Positions 39,633 to 55,034 of a DNA stretch of 64,000 nt are shown one piece after another. The translations under genes were made by a program, and so were the position numbers. The stretch lies in NCBI GenBank assembly GCA_964106915.2, contig OZ066914.1; one strand, 5' to 3'. Positions within the stretch are counted from its first letter, which is position 1. Each line of letters starts with the position of its first letter. The DNA comes from Podarcis gaigeae. Taxonomy: Eukaryota. The notes below the pieces were generated by a model. The model was not told where the DNA came from and did no database searches. It was given only the letters and a program-made list of their open reading frames with translations.

Positions 39633-41295
39633 TAGTCCAGCAGGTTCTACATCTTTGGCCTAGGCAGTTCCACTACACACAGTGTAGGAATAACACTAGA
39701 CCACCAGGTTGCCTATTGAAGCTTGACTGTTGAATTAATTGTGTTGATTCACTGTGCCCAAATACAGCACAGCCACCTTCTAGGATGGTTATAAGCACTA
39801 CTAAGATACTGTGCATGAAGTATTAACATTTACATTAATTTCAGTGATAATTTTTTTAAGCGTACTTTTGGTCACATATAGAGCAGACATGGCCAAAGAC
39901 CTTAAAGTTGTTTCATGGGCCAAGGTCCCCCTCACACGCAGGAGTTCTTGGGGAGTGTTTAGGGCCCTTTTGCACCCATAATATTTTAATGTGTTTATGG
40001 GTGCGACCCAACACCCACCCCCTGTAGTCTCTCAAGATATTGCAGTAGGCTGTGTTACAAAAGAACTCTAGTCCTCTTGTGACTAGTTAGGATCCCTCAA
40101 CCTTGGTTTTTGTCAGTAAGAGGTGAAAAGTAGGGTTGGGTTATTTAGTATGGAATAATAGTGTTTGGGTAATAGGAAATGCACAGTTCCTCTCCATGCT
40201 CTTAAGCCAGGCTGGGATTGCCTCTATAGGAATGAGACAGAGACTCATGATGGTGTCCTATTTGCCCATAGAGGTTGTAATACCAGCCCAAGTTAAGCTC
40301 CCTTTTAATATTCTTCAGTGCTTAATAAAGTTGTCCTCGGTCCCAGTTAAATCAAATTTTGACTTCTAATTTACTTCCAGAAAATAGAGACATTTATTTA
40401 CTTTGGAAATAAAAATATTCTGCTACATAACTAAATATCAATTTCTCATTCTTTGCCATCTTTAGGATTAGCAAAGGAAAATGACATTCAAAGCAAACTA
40501 TGTCTATACCAAGTCATTCCATTTCAGGAACTGTGGTCTTATTCTAGTGCTGAAAAATCCTCTTATCACTTTGAAATCTTTGTGTTGTGTGCTCAACTTG
40601 TCGGGATAAAATTTATCCTTCATGAGTGAGGCGTGTTTTGAAGTGCTCCAAATCCATCATTAGATTATAGTGATCAAAGCATCACACTTGATTCAGCTCA
40701 AAATAGACCCACCTTTATCAAGCACTTGATCACAATTAGGTTCTCGGAATTCTTATTTCAGGATTACTAGTTTATGTCTGCCTCCACACCTCCCTTTCTA
40801 TCTTCTAGAGTTTTAAGGTCAACCCTGGAGACCCTTACTTGAGTTTTCTCATTTTCTGAAGTAAGATAGAGTTGACCAGGGAAAGGGTCTTCTATTGTGT
40901 CCTAGTAGTGGAAAGCTTCCTCATGGGAATCTTTTCTGATGCTGACACTGATGGGGATTTTCGGTGCTGGACAGAGAATTTTTTATTTGTCGGGCGCTTT
41001 ACCATAAACCCTTTCCAACTTTTTTTTTTAAAGAGTTCAATCTATTTTATTAATGTTGTTGTCAACAGTACAAATGAGGCTATGCAAAAACATTTTGTGC
41101 CTTTAAATTTTAAACTGCAGATCAGTGGCAGATCATCTGCTCTACATCTGCAATGTTCCTGATTGAACTGGGAATGTCAAAAAACCCTGGAAAACCACTG
41201 CCAGTAGTTTGATGGATCAAGGATCTGATGAAGTAAAAGAGCTTCTTATGAAAACTGTTCTGAAAGCCTCTGGACTGAAGAGTGGGTTATAAGTC

Positions 41296-41536
41296 CAGTA
41301 GTACCTCGGTTTAAGAACAGTCTGGTTTGAGAACGATTTGGTTTACAAACTCTACAAAACTGGAAGTAGTGTCCCAGTTTGTGAACTTTACCTCGGTCCA
41401 AGAACGGAATCTGAACGGTAGAAGGGCACCGGTAGTGGGAGGCCTCATTAGGGAAAGTGTGCCTCGGTTTAACAACGGTTTCGGTTTATGAACGGACTTC
41501 CAGAATGGATTAAGTTCGTAAACCGAGGTACCACTG
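41296..41536. mobile_element. Tigger/mariner-type MITE
   Basis: cagtagtacctcggttt...aaaccgaggtaccactg|TA. Body resembles 26779-27004. Confidence 0.8.
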
Positions 41537-44363
41537 TATTTGCAATACAGAAGAGAGACCTGTGCAACATTCTGTGAACACTATTTTGTTTGTGCATGTC
41601 AGACAGGGAGAAGAGAATACAAATGTCTACAGTCCCCATTTCTGACTTCTCTGCTTTCATCCAAAGCTTTCTCTGAACAGAGTCTTCACATATAAAAGTT
41701 GTATGTGCACAGGCTATTTCCAATTAGACCTCATGCATTCACAGCTTGCGGATACCCAGGCCCAGCTCTCCATTAGCTAGTGTGAGGGGGCTGCCTCAGG
41801 CGGCAATGCTGGAGGACAGAGATATGTGTGCTATGCATATGGATGTAAAGAGGCAGTGTTTTTTGTCCAATCCTATGTTTATTGTAACCAGTGCCAGTGG
41901 TGTATCATGGGGGTGGCGGTGGGGCTGTTGAGATCAGGAAAGTCTTTGTCGAGCACCTGCAGTTCAGAAGGGATGGGTTCTGTCTAACCTCAATGAGGAG
42001 GGAGTGCCACAAGTTTGGGCCCGCAATACAAGATGCATTACTTTTGGTAGTTACAAGCTGTGCATCTGAACCATGGGGGAGCACTAACAAAGCCCCCCTT
42101 TGGTGGTTGAGAAGGGATCACAAATAGGGACAGGGCTATTGCACTCAGGTCCAGCTTGTGAGCTTCTTGAGGCATCTAGCTGGCCACTGTGAGAAGAGGA
42201 TGCTGGACTTGGGCTGATCCAGCAGGGTCACTCTCCTTGGTTTGTCTCCTTCCAAGGGCAGGGAATTCTGGTGCATCTGAGTACTGGGAATGATTGACTG
42301 ACAGAAGCCCTGCTCTGGCATTCATCTGGGCAATAGAGAAGGCATAGAGAAGCCTGTTCAGCGCTACAGCAGCTCCCCAAGGATATCTGTTTCTCAGTTT
42401 TGATTACTGAATCCTTCAGTAATGCTAATAGTATTTCAGCCTTCCATTTCCAGAACCCTGGTGCTAAATTGATTTATGATTAGTGGCTCTTTAGCTGAAG
42501 GGCAGGTATATGCTAGGGCCTGATGAAGCAGACTAGCGAATGTATTATGATGCATTAGTCTGTCTGATTGTGGAGCTGCACTTAGGGAGGTATTCCATAG
42601 GTATTCAGCTGTTTGGATGAATGCATTCTAATTAACAAAACAAACATGGACCAAAACTGTTTTCTTTCTGATATTGAAAAAACTTTATTTTTAACCTGAC
42701 TGTCACACTTTTGCTTCCGCCCAGGCAGTTTTGCCTCTTCCACATAATTTCTTCTCATTTATTCTCTTTCTTTACTGTTCTACATTTTTGTAAACATGCA
42801 GAAGAAAGTTACTCTTTTTTAAAGTGGTTTTCATACTATCTCCTGAGTAACACTTTGGGGTCCTCTGGAGCTGATCAGGGAGTTGTCAGTGACAAAAGCC
42901 ACAATGATGGCCAGCCTTCCTTCTATGGCAGCTATCCCAATGTTGTTATTGATTTTCCCCTGCAGAGCTAACCCTCCAAAAGGGGTCATCAACAAGGTGC
43001 CTGTGAGCACAATGGTGCCCTTGATGTCTTCCCTTGGTGCCCACGAGGCATTTGAGCACACACACCCGGCAAATTTGCAACCAGACTAGGTTTAAAGTTT
43101 TACAATTATCTAATAAATTTCAAGACAACCTGGGGCCGGGTTACTTGAGGTAGTGTCTCCTTCCAAACTGACTTGCCTGGTCACCAAGATTTGCTAATAG
43201 GGTCCTTTGGGTTGTGCCACAGCCTGCAGGGGACCATCTTACAGTGACCATAGGGAGGGCCTTTTCCACAGTGGCACCCCTCTGCATGATGACATTTGTG
43301 TGAGTGAAGTGAATGCCCAAATATGACTTTTGTCTTTAAGATATGTCACATATGTAAGGAAATAACAATATTGCTTGGAGACGTTCAGTAACAACTTTGC
43401 CATAAGCATTCTATTTTAACAAATCTTCAGGCTGCGATGCCCAAATGGTGCTACCAAACGCATTGATTTTAAGTGAAGCTAAATTAAGGTCATCATAATG
43501 ACATATATTATTTGGATTGATTTACCCAGCTGAACTAAGTAACACACAAGCAGAACTGGTATGCATTATGACATGCAACCTTTTGATTATTATCTCCCAG
43601 CTGGAAGCCAAGAATTTCTAAGCCTTGGAGGAGCATGCCTAGTGATGCTTTTGAAAATGATGCCATTTCATAAAAAAGGATGGTTGACAGCGTTGTTAGC
43701 AGGGGTCTTGTTACTGGATAGGCCTTGAGATAATGGGAAAATCTATTTCTTTTTAAAAGACATCTCCATGACTGAGAATGATCATTAGCGAAAGATATTG
43801 CACCATGGACATTTTACATGTGCTCCCATTCTTGGTATAAAGGGATTGTCACAGAAATATTAAGGTCAAGAGCACAAGAAATAAAAAGCAGCAATAAAAG
43901 GTGAAATCCAGGCCATCACCAAAGATCTCTCACTACCTATTTAATATGGCCAGGGCATTATAACATGCAATTCTTCAAGAATTATGGGCATGGATATGTG
44001 TGAGCTGATATAGTTTATTTATTTATCACACTTTCAACTCACCCTTCCTCTGAGATCAGGGTGACAAACATAAACGTGTTATATCCCCTTTTATCTTTGC
44101 AATAATTCTGTGACGTTGGTTAGGCTGAGAAAGTGTGACAGGCCCAGTGAGTTAGGCTGAGAGACAGTAACCGGCCCAAGGTCACCCAGTTAACTTAATG
44201 GACAAACAAGGTTTATTCCCTCATCCTCCATCTCACACCTGTAGTCTTATTTCAGCTATCTCAAAGCAGATATAAAATATATCCAACTTTTAACTGTCAG
44301 AAAACATGATGTATGCACAAAGCAGGCGATCACGTAAATAGATGCTAGTCATAGTGAGCTTAC

Positions 44364-44789
44364 CTCATCAGAGCCAGATCCAAATATCAGCAGGTCAAAA
44401 GGGATTGCAGCAACCATGTCAATTAGGAACCAGCCTTTGAAGTAGTGGATTGCTATTCTTGCTGGGTCACTTACCACTTCTTCATTCTGGTTCACATATG
44501 TTGTTCGGAAGTTGATGACAATGTCAATGATAAACATGATATCCACAATTAAGTCTACCATGCTTAGTGGGTTGCATGAATAGCCACACACCAGCCTCTT
44601 CTGTTCTTCGCTGTCGTTGAGGAGGAAGGCTGCAGAGTATGGGGTGAAAATGGCCGTGTAGATCACCAGCAGTAAAATCAGCCAGTCCCAGACTGCTTTG
44701 AAAGGACTGTAGTGCAATATAGTAAACTTGTTGATGCGAGGCGTTTGGAGTTTATATTCTGGCAGAACATCTGCTCCCAAGGATAGAAC
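44364..44789 (-). CDS. KCNH7: KCNH7 (ERG3/Kv11.3) coding exon, S1-S3 (probably the orthologue of human exon 7)
   Basis: Translates [42 protein letters not shown]...[12 protein letters not shown]. Acceptor ctccctag|GTT, donor GAG|gtaagc, 426 bp, phase 0/0. TPRINKFT and [15 protein letters not shown] are ERG3-type rather than ERG1. Confidence 0.96.
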
Positions 44790-45293
44790 CTAGGGAGATA
44801 GAAAGAAAAACGAATCACACTGTGTAAGGGTAAACTATTTAGAGCATAAAGGGGGGAAATGAGGGGTCCACACTGTATAAAGGATAAGTTATCTAGAATA
44901 GAAAGCATATATCCAAATGACATTGTTTCTTTAAAGCCAGGATTCGAAGTTCCATTGTGCGAGTGGATCTCTGTTCATGCAGTGAAGAGATACAACCCCA
45001 GATACCCATGCTTTTATCCTGCAAAAACATTTCTCAATCTACGAACTGTTTTCTTGGTACCTTCCAGGTTGGTGAATGGAAAACCCCCTGAAGCATCTTG
45101 GATTCAGTCTCCTTTCCCATGCAATATTTTGATTTATTGAAAGCTTTCATGTATTCCAAAACCTAGATATTGCAGAGATTCATCATTATGTGATATATAT
45201 GTGCTTGGTGATTCACTGGATTAAGATACTATACTAGAAAGAAAAACTATGTGCTGGAAGATACATGCATGCATACATACATACATACATACA

Positions 45294-45332
<39 letters not shown>

Positions 45333-47789
45333 TAGATAGATTTATTATTAAGCACTTTAAATGGCACATTATGTTTGCCATACCATGAAGAAGCTCTGCA
45401 TTTATGAGCAGGGTTCTCTCTCACTTCTGCAGAAAACATTTCATGCTTGTTAAGATTCATGGGACACACAGCCAGCAATTGGATTTTGAAGTATAGAGCT
45501 CTGGAACACAGTCTGTGTGGATTTGATATATGTACACATTTCAATATATATTTACAGAAGGTATAAACTTGAAAAACATGGAAAAGATAGAGAGAGTTAT
45601 TCAATAGGAAATACAACAGGTTTTGAGTAGGGCTGTACCGCACAGTCTTCCATTTTGCTTTGCTCTCAATAACTCATATCTATCTATCTATCGAGAGATA
45701 GATACAGATTTAGCTCTAGATAGATGTAGATATATACCTGTAGATTAAGATTTCAGATTAAAGCGCTTTTGCAGAAACTTGGGCTCCTTTTAAAAAAAGT
45801 GAACCTCCTTTAATTTAACTTAAAAAAAGACAAACCTCACACCCTCTCCTTAATCACGTAGACAGCATCATTGGCTGAACAAAAATGCATACTGTGAAAA
45901 ACTGGGAGGACACCATGGGTTAATAACCACACTTTTCTTTTGAACAGCACAGTAGGGAATGATTACGTTCTACAGAGATTATAAATTGCTTCTAAGCAGC
46001 CATTAAGCAACATGGGCAAGGGTGCCGGGATAAATCTATTATTTATTCCTTTGCACTTAACTAATGGAGGCTGGCTGAACTGGTTCATATAAAAAGCTGA
46101 ATCGCAGCCTTTTTGCCGCACCTGGAGCCACTCCTTTCCCATATGTACCACTGTCTGAAAGCTCAAAGAGAGGTGAGTATTTAGGCTCCTCCCTCTCTCC
46201 AGGAACCTTTCACTTCTGATCTGTTGTCGCCACTGCTACTAAACTTACCAACAACTAATCCAGGGACTCACACCCCACTCCTATGGATGAACATAACAAA
46301 ACAAGTTCAGGGAGCTGACTATTCCTTTCTTTGTAATAAACCCAACCCAGTTCATTGCCCAGTCATGTAGCTTCTCTTTCTTGATCTGCACACATAGTCA
46401 TTTGTGCCACTGAAGCCAATGAGACTGGCAAGTGTGGCAGAAACTAGCTCTCTAGGGGTTGGAAGCTCTAGTGGTGCAAAACTGGAAAAGGAACCCAACT
46501 GGGCACCATAGAGAAGTTGTGCTTTTGGCTTGGCTTCAAATAATTTGGGTACTCAGGGCGCCCAGGGCAGTTCTATACCTCCCGGCTGCTCTCAGATACC
46601 AATCCTGCTACAACATACAGTGTTGCTAGATTCTGCACAGCAGCACTCAAATTCGTCAGTGGATGAGTTGTGCCACAAACTAGATTTAATGACCATATCA
46701 GAGTGCTCTGTAAATTAATAGTTAAAGTCTTTTATATAGCAACCTTTTATGATCTTCCACACCTGCCCAATGCTCCTATCCCTTCTTTTAGCTTCTTTTA
46801 AATTCTTATAGACTTTTATATTCACCTTCTGTTTTAATACCTTTTAGCTTTTCAGGTTTTAAATGACTGTATCCCTTTTAGGCTGGCCTATGACCGTAAT
46901 AAAGATTTGTATTGTATTGTATAAGGGCTGGAAGCATTTCTTTGCTTATGGCTTCTGTCACTGAATTAGAGGCCCGCCGTTGTAGTCATCAGTAGGAACC
47001 TATTCATTCATAGATTCAAAGACAGGCACAGAACGGTGTCAAGTTTCAAAAATCCCGTTCAGCTATTTAGAAAAGTGATTCAGGAGACTGACAAGAAGAT
47101 GGAGTGTGTGCCCATGGAAAGAAACCCTGAAACATCTTTCACAACCCCTCTTGTATTTCTGAGTTGGCCAGCAGCGGCCAGAGTTGCATTCTGTAGTGAA
47201 TTTTGAGGAAGAAGGTCTAACAACCAGCTTGCACAGCCACCTCTGATGCTGTCACATGAACCTTCCTGGAAGATGCAGATGCTTTTCTAAACACCTCTCC
47301 AAATGCACACTTTGGGGAACCCTGTAGTGGCACACAGAGAAAGCCAATGAGCGCAGCATTCTGCACACCTAATTAGCAGCCACACAACTATTTTTCTTTC
47401 TGGCACTGCCAGGTGCTTGTTGCCGCAGTTCTTCCCATGCCATCGCTACCTGTAGCATCGATGCTAAAAACATGCAGGAACTGATGTGGATGTGATGTTT
47501 TCCGTGTTTGCATGGGTCACATGGAACAGCTCCGAAGAAGGACAGAGTGAAGCCTAATCATATCCAGGTGAAGAAATGATATGTTGGCAAAGCCAAGGAA
47601 CGGCCCACTGCTTTGTAACCCAGGATCCCTTATATTTTAGCAGCAGTTCTGAGACTAGTCCTGTATTCTGATGGTCCTGTGGAGAGTGCCCACGAGCCCT
47701 GGAGCACCCTCTCCGAGGGCAGAGACACAGGTCTGCCCCTGAAGAGGGAAAGCAGACATTGGATGCCTCTTCCCTCCTTTACTACAGAA

Positions 47790-48200
47790 ATAGCTCAGGG
47801 CTGCAATACCTCAAGGGCCGCCTCTTTCCACATGAACCTACCTGGACCCAGAGATCACCTTCTGATGCCCTTTTTTGTATGCCTCCTCCACAAGAGGTCT
47901 GCAGGGTGGCAACACGAGAAGGGACCTTTTTCTGCACTGACTCCCCGTTTGTGGAATGCTCTCCCCAGACACGTTCGCGTGGTGCCATCATTATACACCT
48001 TTAGGTGCCAGGCAAAAATGTTTCTCTTTAGCAAGGCCTTTGGCAGATTGATATTCAATGCACTTTTAAAATGTGTTGGGGAGGAGGGGGTTATTGGGTT
48101 GTTTTTGTTTTTATTATGTATTTTCTGTTCTTATATTGTGCTTTTATGTTGTAACCACCCCGAGACCTGCAAGTGTAGGAAGGTATACAAATTTAATTAA
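47790..48200 (+). mobile_element. L2 LINE 3' fragment
   Basis: FSALTPRLWNALP...SLYTFR..AKMFLF matches the L2 ORF2 C-terminus. Confidence 0.75.
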
Positions 48201-50692
48201 CAAACACTTCCATGGCCTTTGTCCTTATCAGCTGACAAGGTGGTGTGCCAGAGATTCCCAACAAGAGGGAACGGGTCAAAGGGACAAAAATGGGAAAGGG
48301 TGGGTAGTGACTACTTCTGTCCTGCTGGCCCGAGTCTGGCAGGGCATTGGATGTGGTGGGTTGACCACCTTTTTTCTTCTCTCCTTTTTCCCTACACACA
48401 TTTACCTAAAAGTAAGCCCCATTGATTTTAATAGGGCTTACTGCTGAGAAATGAATAGGATGAATGGATGAATAGGATTACACTTTAAATATTCATATAG
48501 AAAAGAGAATAAAACCATGTGAATCAACTTTTTTTTCTGGAATAAAGTACAGTATAGACAGATGAAGTCTAGGATGGTTGAATGCATCCTCTTGTGCAGC
48601 TGATGAAGTGGGCACTGATGGTTCTCCAAACATAGTTGGACTCCAGCTCTTAACACCCCAGCCAGCATGGCCAATGTTCAAGGACGATGGGAGCTGAACT
48701 ACAGGAAGAGCCACCTTCCATTCAAGCTGACATTGGCCCTTTGTTGTTTCTGAGCTACAACCAGTATTGTGATATAGGGAAAAAAAGCAGCCACAATGAC
48801 TAGGCATTGTCATCACCAGCAGCCTGCACATATTGTACAGATAAAATGAATATATATTTTTTAAAATGCTGGTAGTTTCTTTGGGCTTTTTCATAGAAAA
48901 GAAATATTGTCATTTCGATTGGGTTTAAAATCTAAAGCTAAATGCCACCACAACTGCTTCAAATAACACTTATGTTCTCTGAGGTTGAAAAGGCAGTTTG
49001 ATTTTAATGCTGTCATTTTCATTAGTTTGCCTGATTTCTTTTGCACCATAGGATTCTCCTTCCATCTGAATCAACAGGAGTCGCAATTCCTCTCTGCTTT
49101 GTCTCCATTGAAGTCATCAGGCTGTATCCAGCCAAGCCAATTTCTTCCATTTTCTTGTGTAAAAAAAAAAAAAAAGACTGAAAAACCTGTACTAGCCTGT
49201 ATCCCCTAAATAAAATCCCCAAATCTGAATTTAGCTCCTAAATTCATAACAAATGCAGGTGCCTGAGTGAAAACTAAGCCAAACGTTACCCTGGATGACA
49301 ATCGCCATTTCATTCTTGATGACACAAGGAACCAAACAAAGCTGCATTGCATTTCAGAGAATAGCAGAATAAATAATCTTGATCTTTATCATATACAACC
49401 TGAATGGAATTTTTCTCACAGCATCAAAGACATTTGAATTTGCACCAGAAAGGCAGTTCATTACAACACATGGCCAATAGGGTTTTAGCAACAGCCATCC
49501 CCCCACTGAGTATTTTTATGTAGCAAAATTTGACACACATGCCTTATTTGTCTTAAAAGAATCAATCTGTTCCAAAATCAGGTTAATGGCACCTGAAAAA
49601 TACCCAACACGTCTTGGTTTTAGTTGCACTGAGAGTACCCCAATATTCTTTAAAGTAACATGCACTGTATTTAAGAAATTGAGGCTGCAATCCTATACAC
49701 ACATTTATCTGGAAGTAAGTCTAATTTGTCTCAGTGGGAATTACCTCTGAGTAGACACGTATAGGATTGGACTACACAGTGCTTCCCCCCCCCCTCAAAA
49801 AATCTTTATGGGTACTCTCATTTTCCTACTCATATTGAAATACTGCCTCTCAATGAGGCCAAACTTAGATTCACAAAATGTTTAGGGGTATGCGTACCCC
49901 TTCGTACCCCCCACAAAAAAGCACCGGCACTGCATATTGCTGACTCATCCAGCTATTGGAACTGACACTCAGAGTGAAAATAGAAATGCATTGAGATATG
50001 TAAGAGGCTGAAAAGTAAGCCTCAAGTTCACTTTATCATTTGTTAACCATTTAAACCAACAACCATCTGGGTTATGAATTAATGGAACAGTGGCTTCCCA
50101 AAACGTCACATTTTAGGGACTCCCAACGGGGCAGTTAAAATGCTGCAAAGTTGAGGCCATTTAATAATAATAATTTATACCCTGCCCATCTGGCTGGGTT
50201 TCCCCAGCCACTCCGGGCGTCTTCCAACAAAGATTAAAAATACATTAAAATGTCACACATTAGAAACTTCACTTGTGCAAGCTTCCTCCCTCAGGTTTGT
50301 GATTAGACAGAAAATGGCAGCGTGCGAATCTGATCTGCTGAATCTGATTTCCGCAATAATTCATTCAGTTTCCAGAAGTGCTCCTGTGATTGCATAAAAC
50401 GCAGCTGTATCCATCCATCAAGCATTGTTTTATTGCAGGTTCACGCCCTACTCCATATGATTCCAAACCAAGGATTGACTGTGAAGGACTAAACCTTGGA
50501 AAATGTGAGTTGTTTCAATTGGGAGACCAGGGTTCCAGTTCCTGCTCGGCCATGAAGTTTGCTGGGTCATCTTGGGCTAGACACTGCCTCTCAGGCTAAC
50601 CTACCTCACAGCTTTGCTGTGAAGATTAAATGGAATAGAACCATGAATGTCACCATTAGCTCATTGCAAGAAAGGCGGAATAATGATATTAT

Positions 50693-50719
50693 GATAGATA
50701 GATAGATAGATATAGAGAG

Positions 50720-50763
<44 letters not shown>

Positions 50764-50777
50764 GATAGATAGATAGA
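50693..50777. repeat. (GATA)n microsatellite
   Basis: Directly visible, interrupted. Confidence 0.93.
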
Positions 50778-53700
50778 TCTGCATCTACTTGCATGGAAAA
50801 AGACCCAGGTTTGATCCCTGGCTTCTCCAAGTATCTCCCTCTCCCTCTCTCTCTTTTGCCTTCCATCCCAATTTAGGATTGAATCCCAGTTTACTATAGA
50901 GAGAAGCCCCTCTGCAATTATATCTGCAGGAATCTCAATCAAACTTAATGCGGGCCTTGTTATCTGAATGCAAGAAGAAGTTCGGAGAAGTCTCACATTA
51001 GCATTTATTTTTTTTGCTGCCACTAAACAGTAAATCAATATTATCATACTCATATTAAATTCCTTTGGGCTCAGAAAGTACACGGCATGAACTAATACCC
51101 ATACAATTTATTACAACCTCAGTGCTGGATTTAATTAGCTAGTACAACCCATAAGGGGGGGGGGGGGGGGACAAGTCTGCAGAAGAAAAGACTCTGATTA
51201 TTGACCAGCTAATGCTCTCAAACTCCCAATTAGAGTTAAACATTTCTAAAGAGAATGAATTTAGGGTTTAATATAATTGGACAGGGCAAACGGTTTCAAA
51301 TCAGAGCACTCAGGAATGGCAAAACATCGCATCCCAGAGACCAATAACATGCAACGTGCTGTTCCGAATTGCCATTGTGAGGTGCGCTGTGACTTTTTTA
51401 GGTCTCTGAAATGCTACAGTTTAATGAGCGAGAGACTATAATTAGAGATGCTTTTGGATGGCTGTGATGACAGCTGTATCACCTTTGGACTTAATCAGCT
51501 GGAAATGAACATGCACCACTTTCAATTTTGGCACCCAAAGCTGCCCTTTTGAAAAGGCAGAACTTTTAGGGGGGTTTTTTTGGGGGGGGGAGTAGGAGAA
51601 GAGTGGCATTTTTTGAGACTTTTCCAGGAAAGCCTCAAAGGGACTTGACTGAAAGCACTACGAAGTCCTAGAAGGGCAAGTGTGGAGAAGCTCTGTGATC
51701 TTGGGTTAAAAAGCTCTGTAGTAACCAGGAAACCCCAAAGGGACAGTCTAGAAATGTTTAACCTTCTGAGGAGCCATACAATCCCGAACTGAATGAATGG
51801 TTCATCTCAATTATGTTGTTTCCCACTACCTACCACTACCAAACATTTGTGTGCATGTGTATGTATTTTTAAAAGGGGAATAAGCAATGACAATAATTTT
51901 CATGGTGTCACATTTCTGTTGGTAATAATCGGACTACATAGTCACTCAAAAGGATATCAGGATGCACCCAAGAAGATATTATGACATTGAAATCAAACTT
52001 CAAGTCCAACACTAGCTATCAGTGTGCCATGGGCTGTGCACAGGCAGAAGTCTTTAATATTAGTGCTGTGCTGAAAATAGGGAAGGGGAGAAATTCACTT
52101 TGCATTTAAACCCAAATTTATCAAATTTTCACTTACCGCAATGATACAAGAACAAAAAAAGCCATCCTTTGAAATTTGCTGTTATCCGAATTTTGTGACA
52201 CAGTGCTCCAACCAAACAATGGAGAATGTTCACAAAACAATGTTCATAAAACTGCATATGTTAGACGAAAGTGTGCATAAAAATGAATATATTTGCAGGA
52301 TTAATATGTAACAATTCATTATATTAGAAACTGAAAGCAATGAAATTAGTTCTGATCCTAAAACAATCCTAAGCACACTTACAAAGGAGTAAGTCCCAAT
52401 GAACACAGTGGGATTTACTCCTGAATAAGCTTGAATAGCTTTCCAGTGTTAACGTATTTATAAGCTATTACCCTGAAGCAACACCCCCTCCATGAAGAGA
52501 AAGTTTGTTTCTGTCGTCCATTTTAAATACTTTATATAGCAACATTTATTGTTATTATGCTTTATGCCTTACTATGACTCAGATTAATTAAAAGGAAAAG
52601 TTGCTCTAAGCCGGAGGAGTTGCTTTTGCTGGCCGATCTAAAATTAGTTTCATGCTGGTGGGCAAATGCATCATTCAGGTAATGTCTCGAAGCAAATAGA
52701 TTTACTCTGTATGGTTAAGTAGACTATAAATCCTACTCCACTGATTTGAAGGATATCAGTGAAACAGGTGTGACCGACTGTTTCCTTTTCAATGAGTGCT
52801 AATGGGAGAAAGTTTGCAACATTTTTCTTACCTATATTTATCTGCATTTTTATGAGACACCTTAGTCAGGAGCAACCAACCAAGCATGATGTCCCTCCCT
52901 CCTGCTTCGTCTCTCTCCCATTAACCCGTCACTCTTGTCTCCTCACAATATTCATATTGAAGTAAACAAACGGGGTCTTTTCAGCATGTTCTTTACTAAC
53001 CAAGAGCTATGAACTGCAAAGGAATATGCCCTCATTGATTGCCTTCATAGTCTCAACACCCTTATTAAGAAGCATTTTCTATTCACCCAACAAGCAATTA
53101 AATAAGAAGGATTTAAAGAATTGCTGTTCTGATAAAGCATGAAAGTAGTTTCATTCGCAAGTTGCTGCTGCTCTGTATAGAAAGTTATTTTCCCAACCCT
53201 TTCCACATCGCCATGATTTCTGTGGATCCTTCCCCTTGGTTCAGAACTCTTCCCTGAACCCACAGAAATGGGTTGATTCAAATCCCTATTACTTTCTTTC
53301 TTTCCACCTTTCCAGATATTTAGGATAAGTTACTACATAGCCGAATCACAGTAAAGCTTTTTAACTAGTTTGGACTGGTGGAAGTTTTAGTGGGCAAATA
53401 AAGTAGAGTTGCGTAAGAGTTAAATATATAATTCATTTTGCATACTATAATTATGATTTGAAAAGTTAAGTTGCATATTGTTTCTTTAAGTTTTTAAGTC
53501 GAGTTGCCTTCCATATTCTGTCCCCCCCCCTTTTTCTGTTTCCCCTATAATCGTTATCTACACATACGGTTCTGTTTATATCATTATTTTACAAGTTGCA
53601 ATCCATTCACTGACCTTCTGTTGCCGTTGTTTTTAAAATAAACGTTTTCTAACAGATTTTGGCTTCTCAAGTCCTGTTTGCTCTCACCCGTTAAGGCAAT

Positions 53701-55034
53701 CCAATCTTCAGTATGGAAAGTCTGGCCAGCTCCCCGGGCAGAAGGGCAATTTGAACATAAGTCTGATGCTCCCCTCCCGTGTATTGGTTTCAATACATAA
53801 TTTGCTAATATCTAAACCTGCCTGGAAATGAATAAAGTGCCCATTTTTTGAACCTAAGATCCTGAATCTCTTCCTGCCAAAGAGTTTAGCTGAAGCAGGG
53901 CAAACTGAGCTTTGCTCCACTGAAGCCAAAGAAAACTTAGTAATGGGGAGTTGGGTATAACACCATTAAAATTCTCATAAACCCTTCTTACCACCCATAA
54001 ATCCTGCACAAAGCATGGGCTGGAGACAGATCCAGCTTGTAAAATGCTAGAATGCTACAGATCTTTCCAGATCATATCTAACACTGTGCCCCACGGCGGG
54101 AGAAGGGCAATGCATAAAACTAAATGTACAATGCTTAATAATAATAATAACGGAGTTCAGAGCAGGGTGGGACTTTGCCTAGTTGGCAAATGTTCGCTTC
54201 ACCACTGTTATGTAAAGGGGTTTGCATCAAGCTAAGCTGTGTTCACACTGAATGTAAAATATATTCAAAATGCTTTCCTTCCCTCAAAGAATTCTGGGCC
54301 CTGTAGCTTACCTCTCTCAGAGTTACAAATCCCAGCAACCCTTAGCAAACCACAGTGTCCATAATTCTTAGAGGGGGAAAATGTGATTTGAATGTACTTC
54401 GAAAAATGCAGTGTGTAGGCAGCTTTAGTGGAACCAAGTGAGTTAGCAAAGCAGATAGGGGAAATATCTCATGGCCAAAGTAGATGTGAAGCTTCTCATG
54501 GAATTTGGTATTGTGTGGCTGTGGTTATTTAAACTAAAGAGATGGCATAAGAACCATGGCATGTGTGTGTTTTAGCTCTTTGTGTCCACCATGGTCCCTA
54601 TTAGCAGTACTATTTTTCTGGAAAAAGAGGTACCTGAACTCACCATGAACACCTACCTCTTCTCTTAGAGTGGTGCCCAACTGAGTTCCGGCAAGTTCCA
54701 GCTGGAAAAAAAGCCCTTTTTGCAATCGTAGGAAAGGTTCCCTTGGTGCCAAACTGCATTTTCCTGACACATAAAGCTTCCTGTGTCTCTATTACACATT
54801 CAACATCACCAAGAAGCCTAGTAACTTATGATTAATGATTTATACTAAAGCTTTTAAGCATACTATAAAATTGTCTTTATGCGTAGAAAACAGTAAATGC
54901 CATATTTGGAGAAGAACATGTTGCCTCTTAAGAGATGCCTGGTTTTATGGGAGAGGTTCATAGAGCAAGCCAAAGAGAATGCTCTGTGGGAGGAACTCCT
55001 TCAGAACATTCTTTTGGTGCACTTGAGTTTCAAA

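Noticed and set aside
46241-52136. Strong isolated minus-strand donors (gtaagt) near 46245 and 52130
   Set aside because: They lie in repeat-like sequence, and no supportable exon could be defined.
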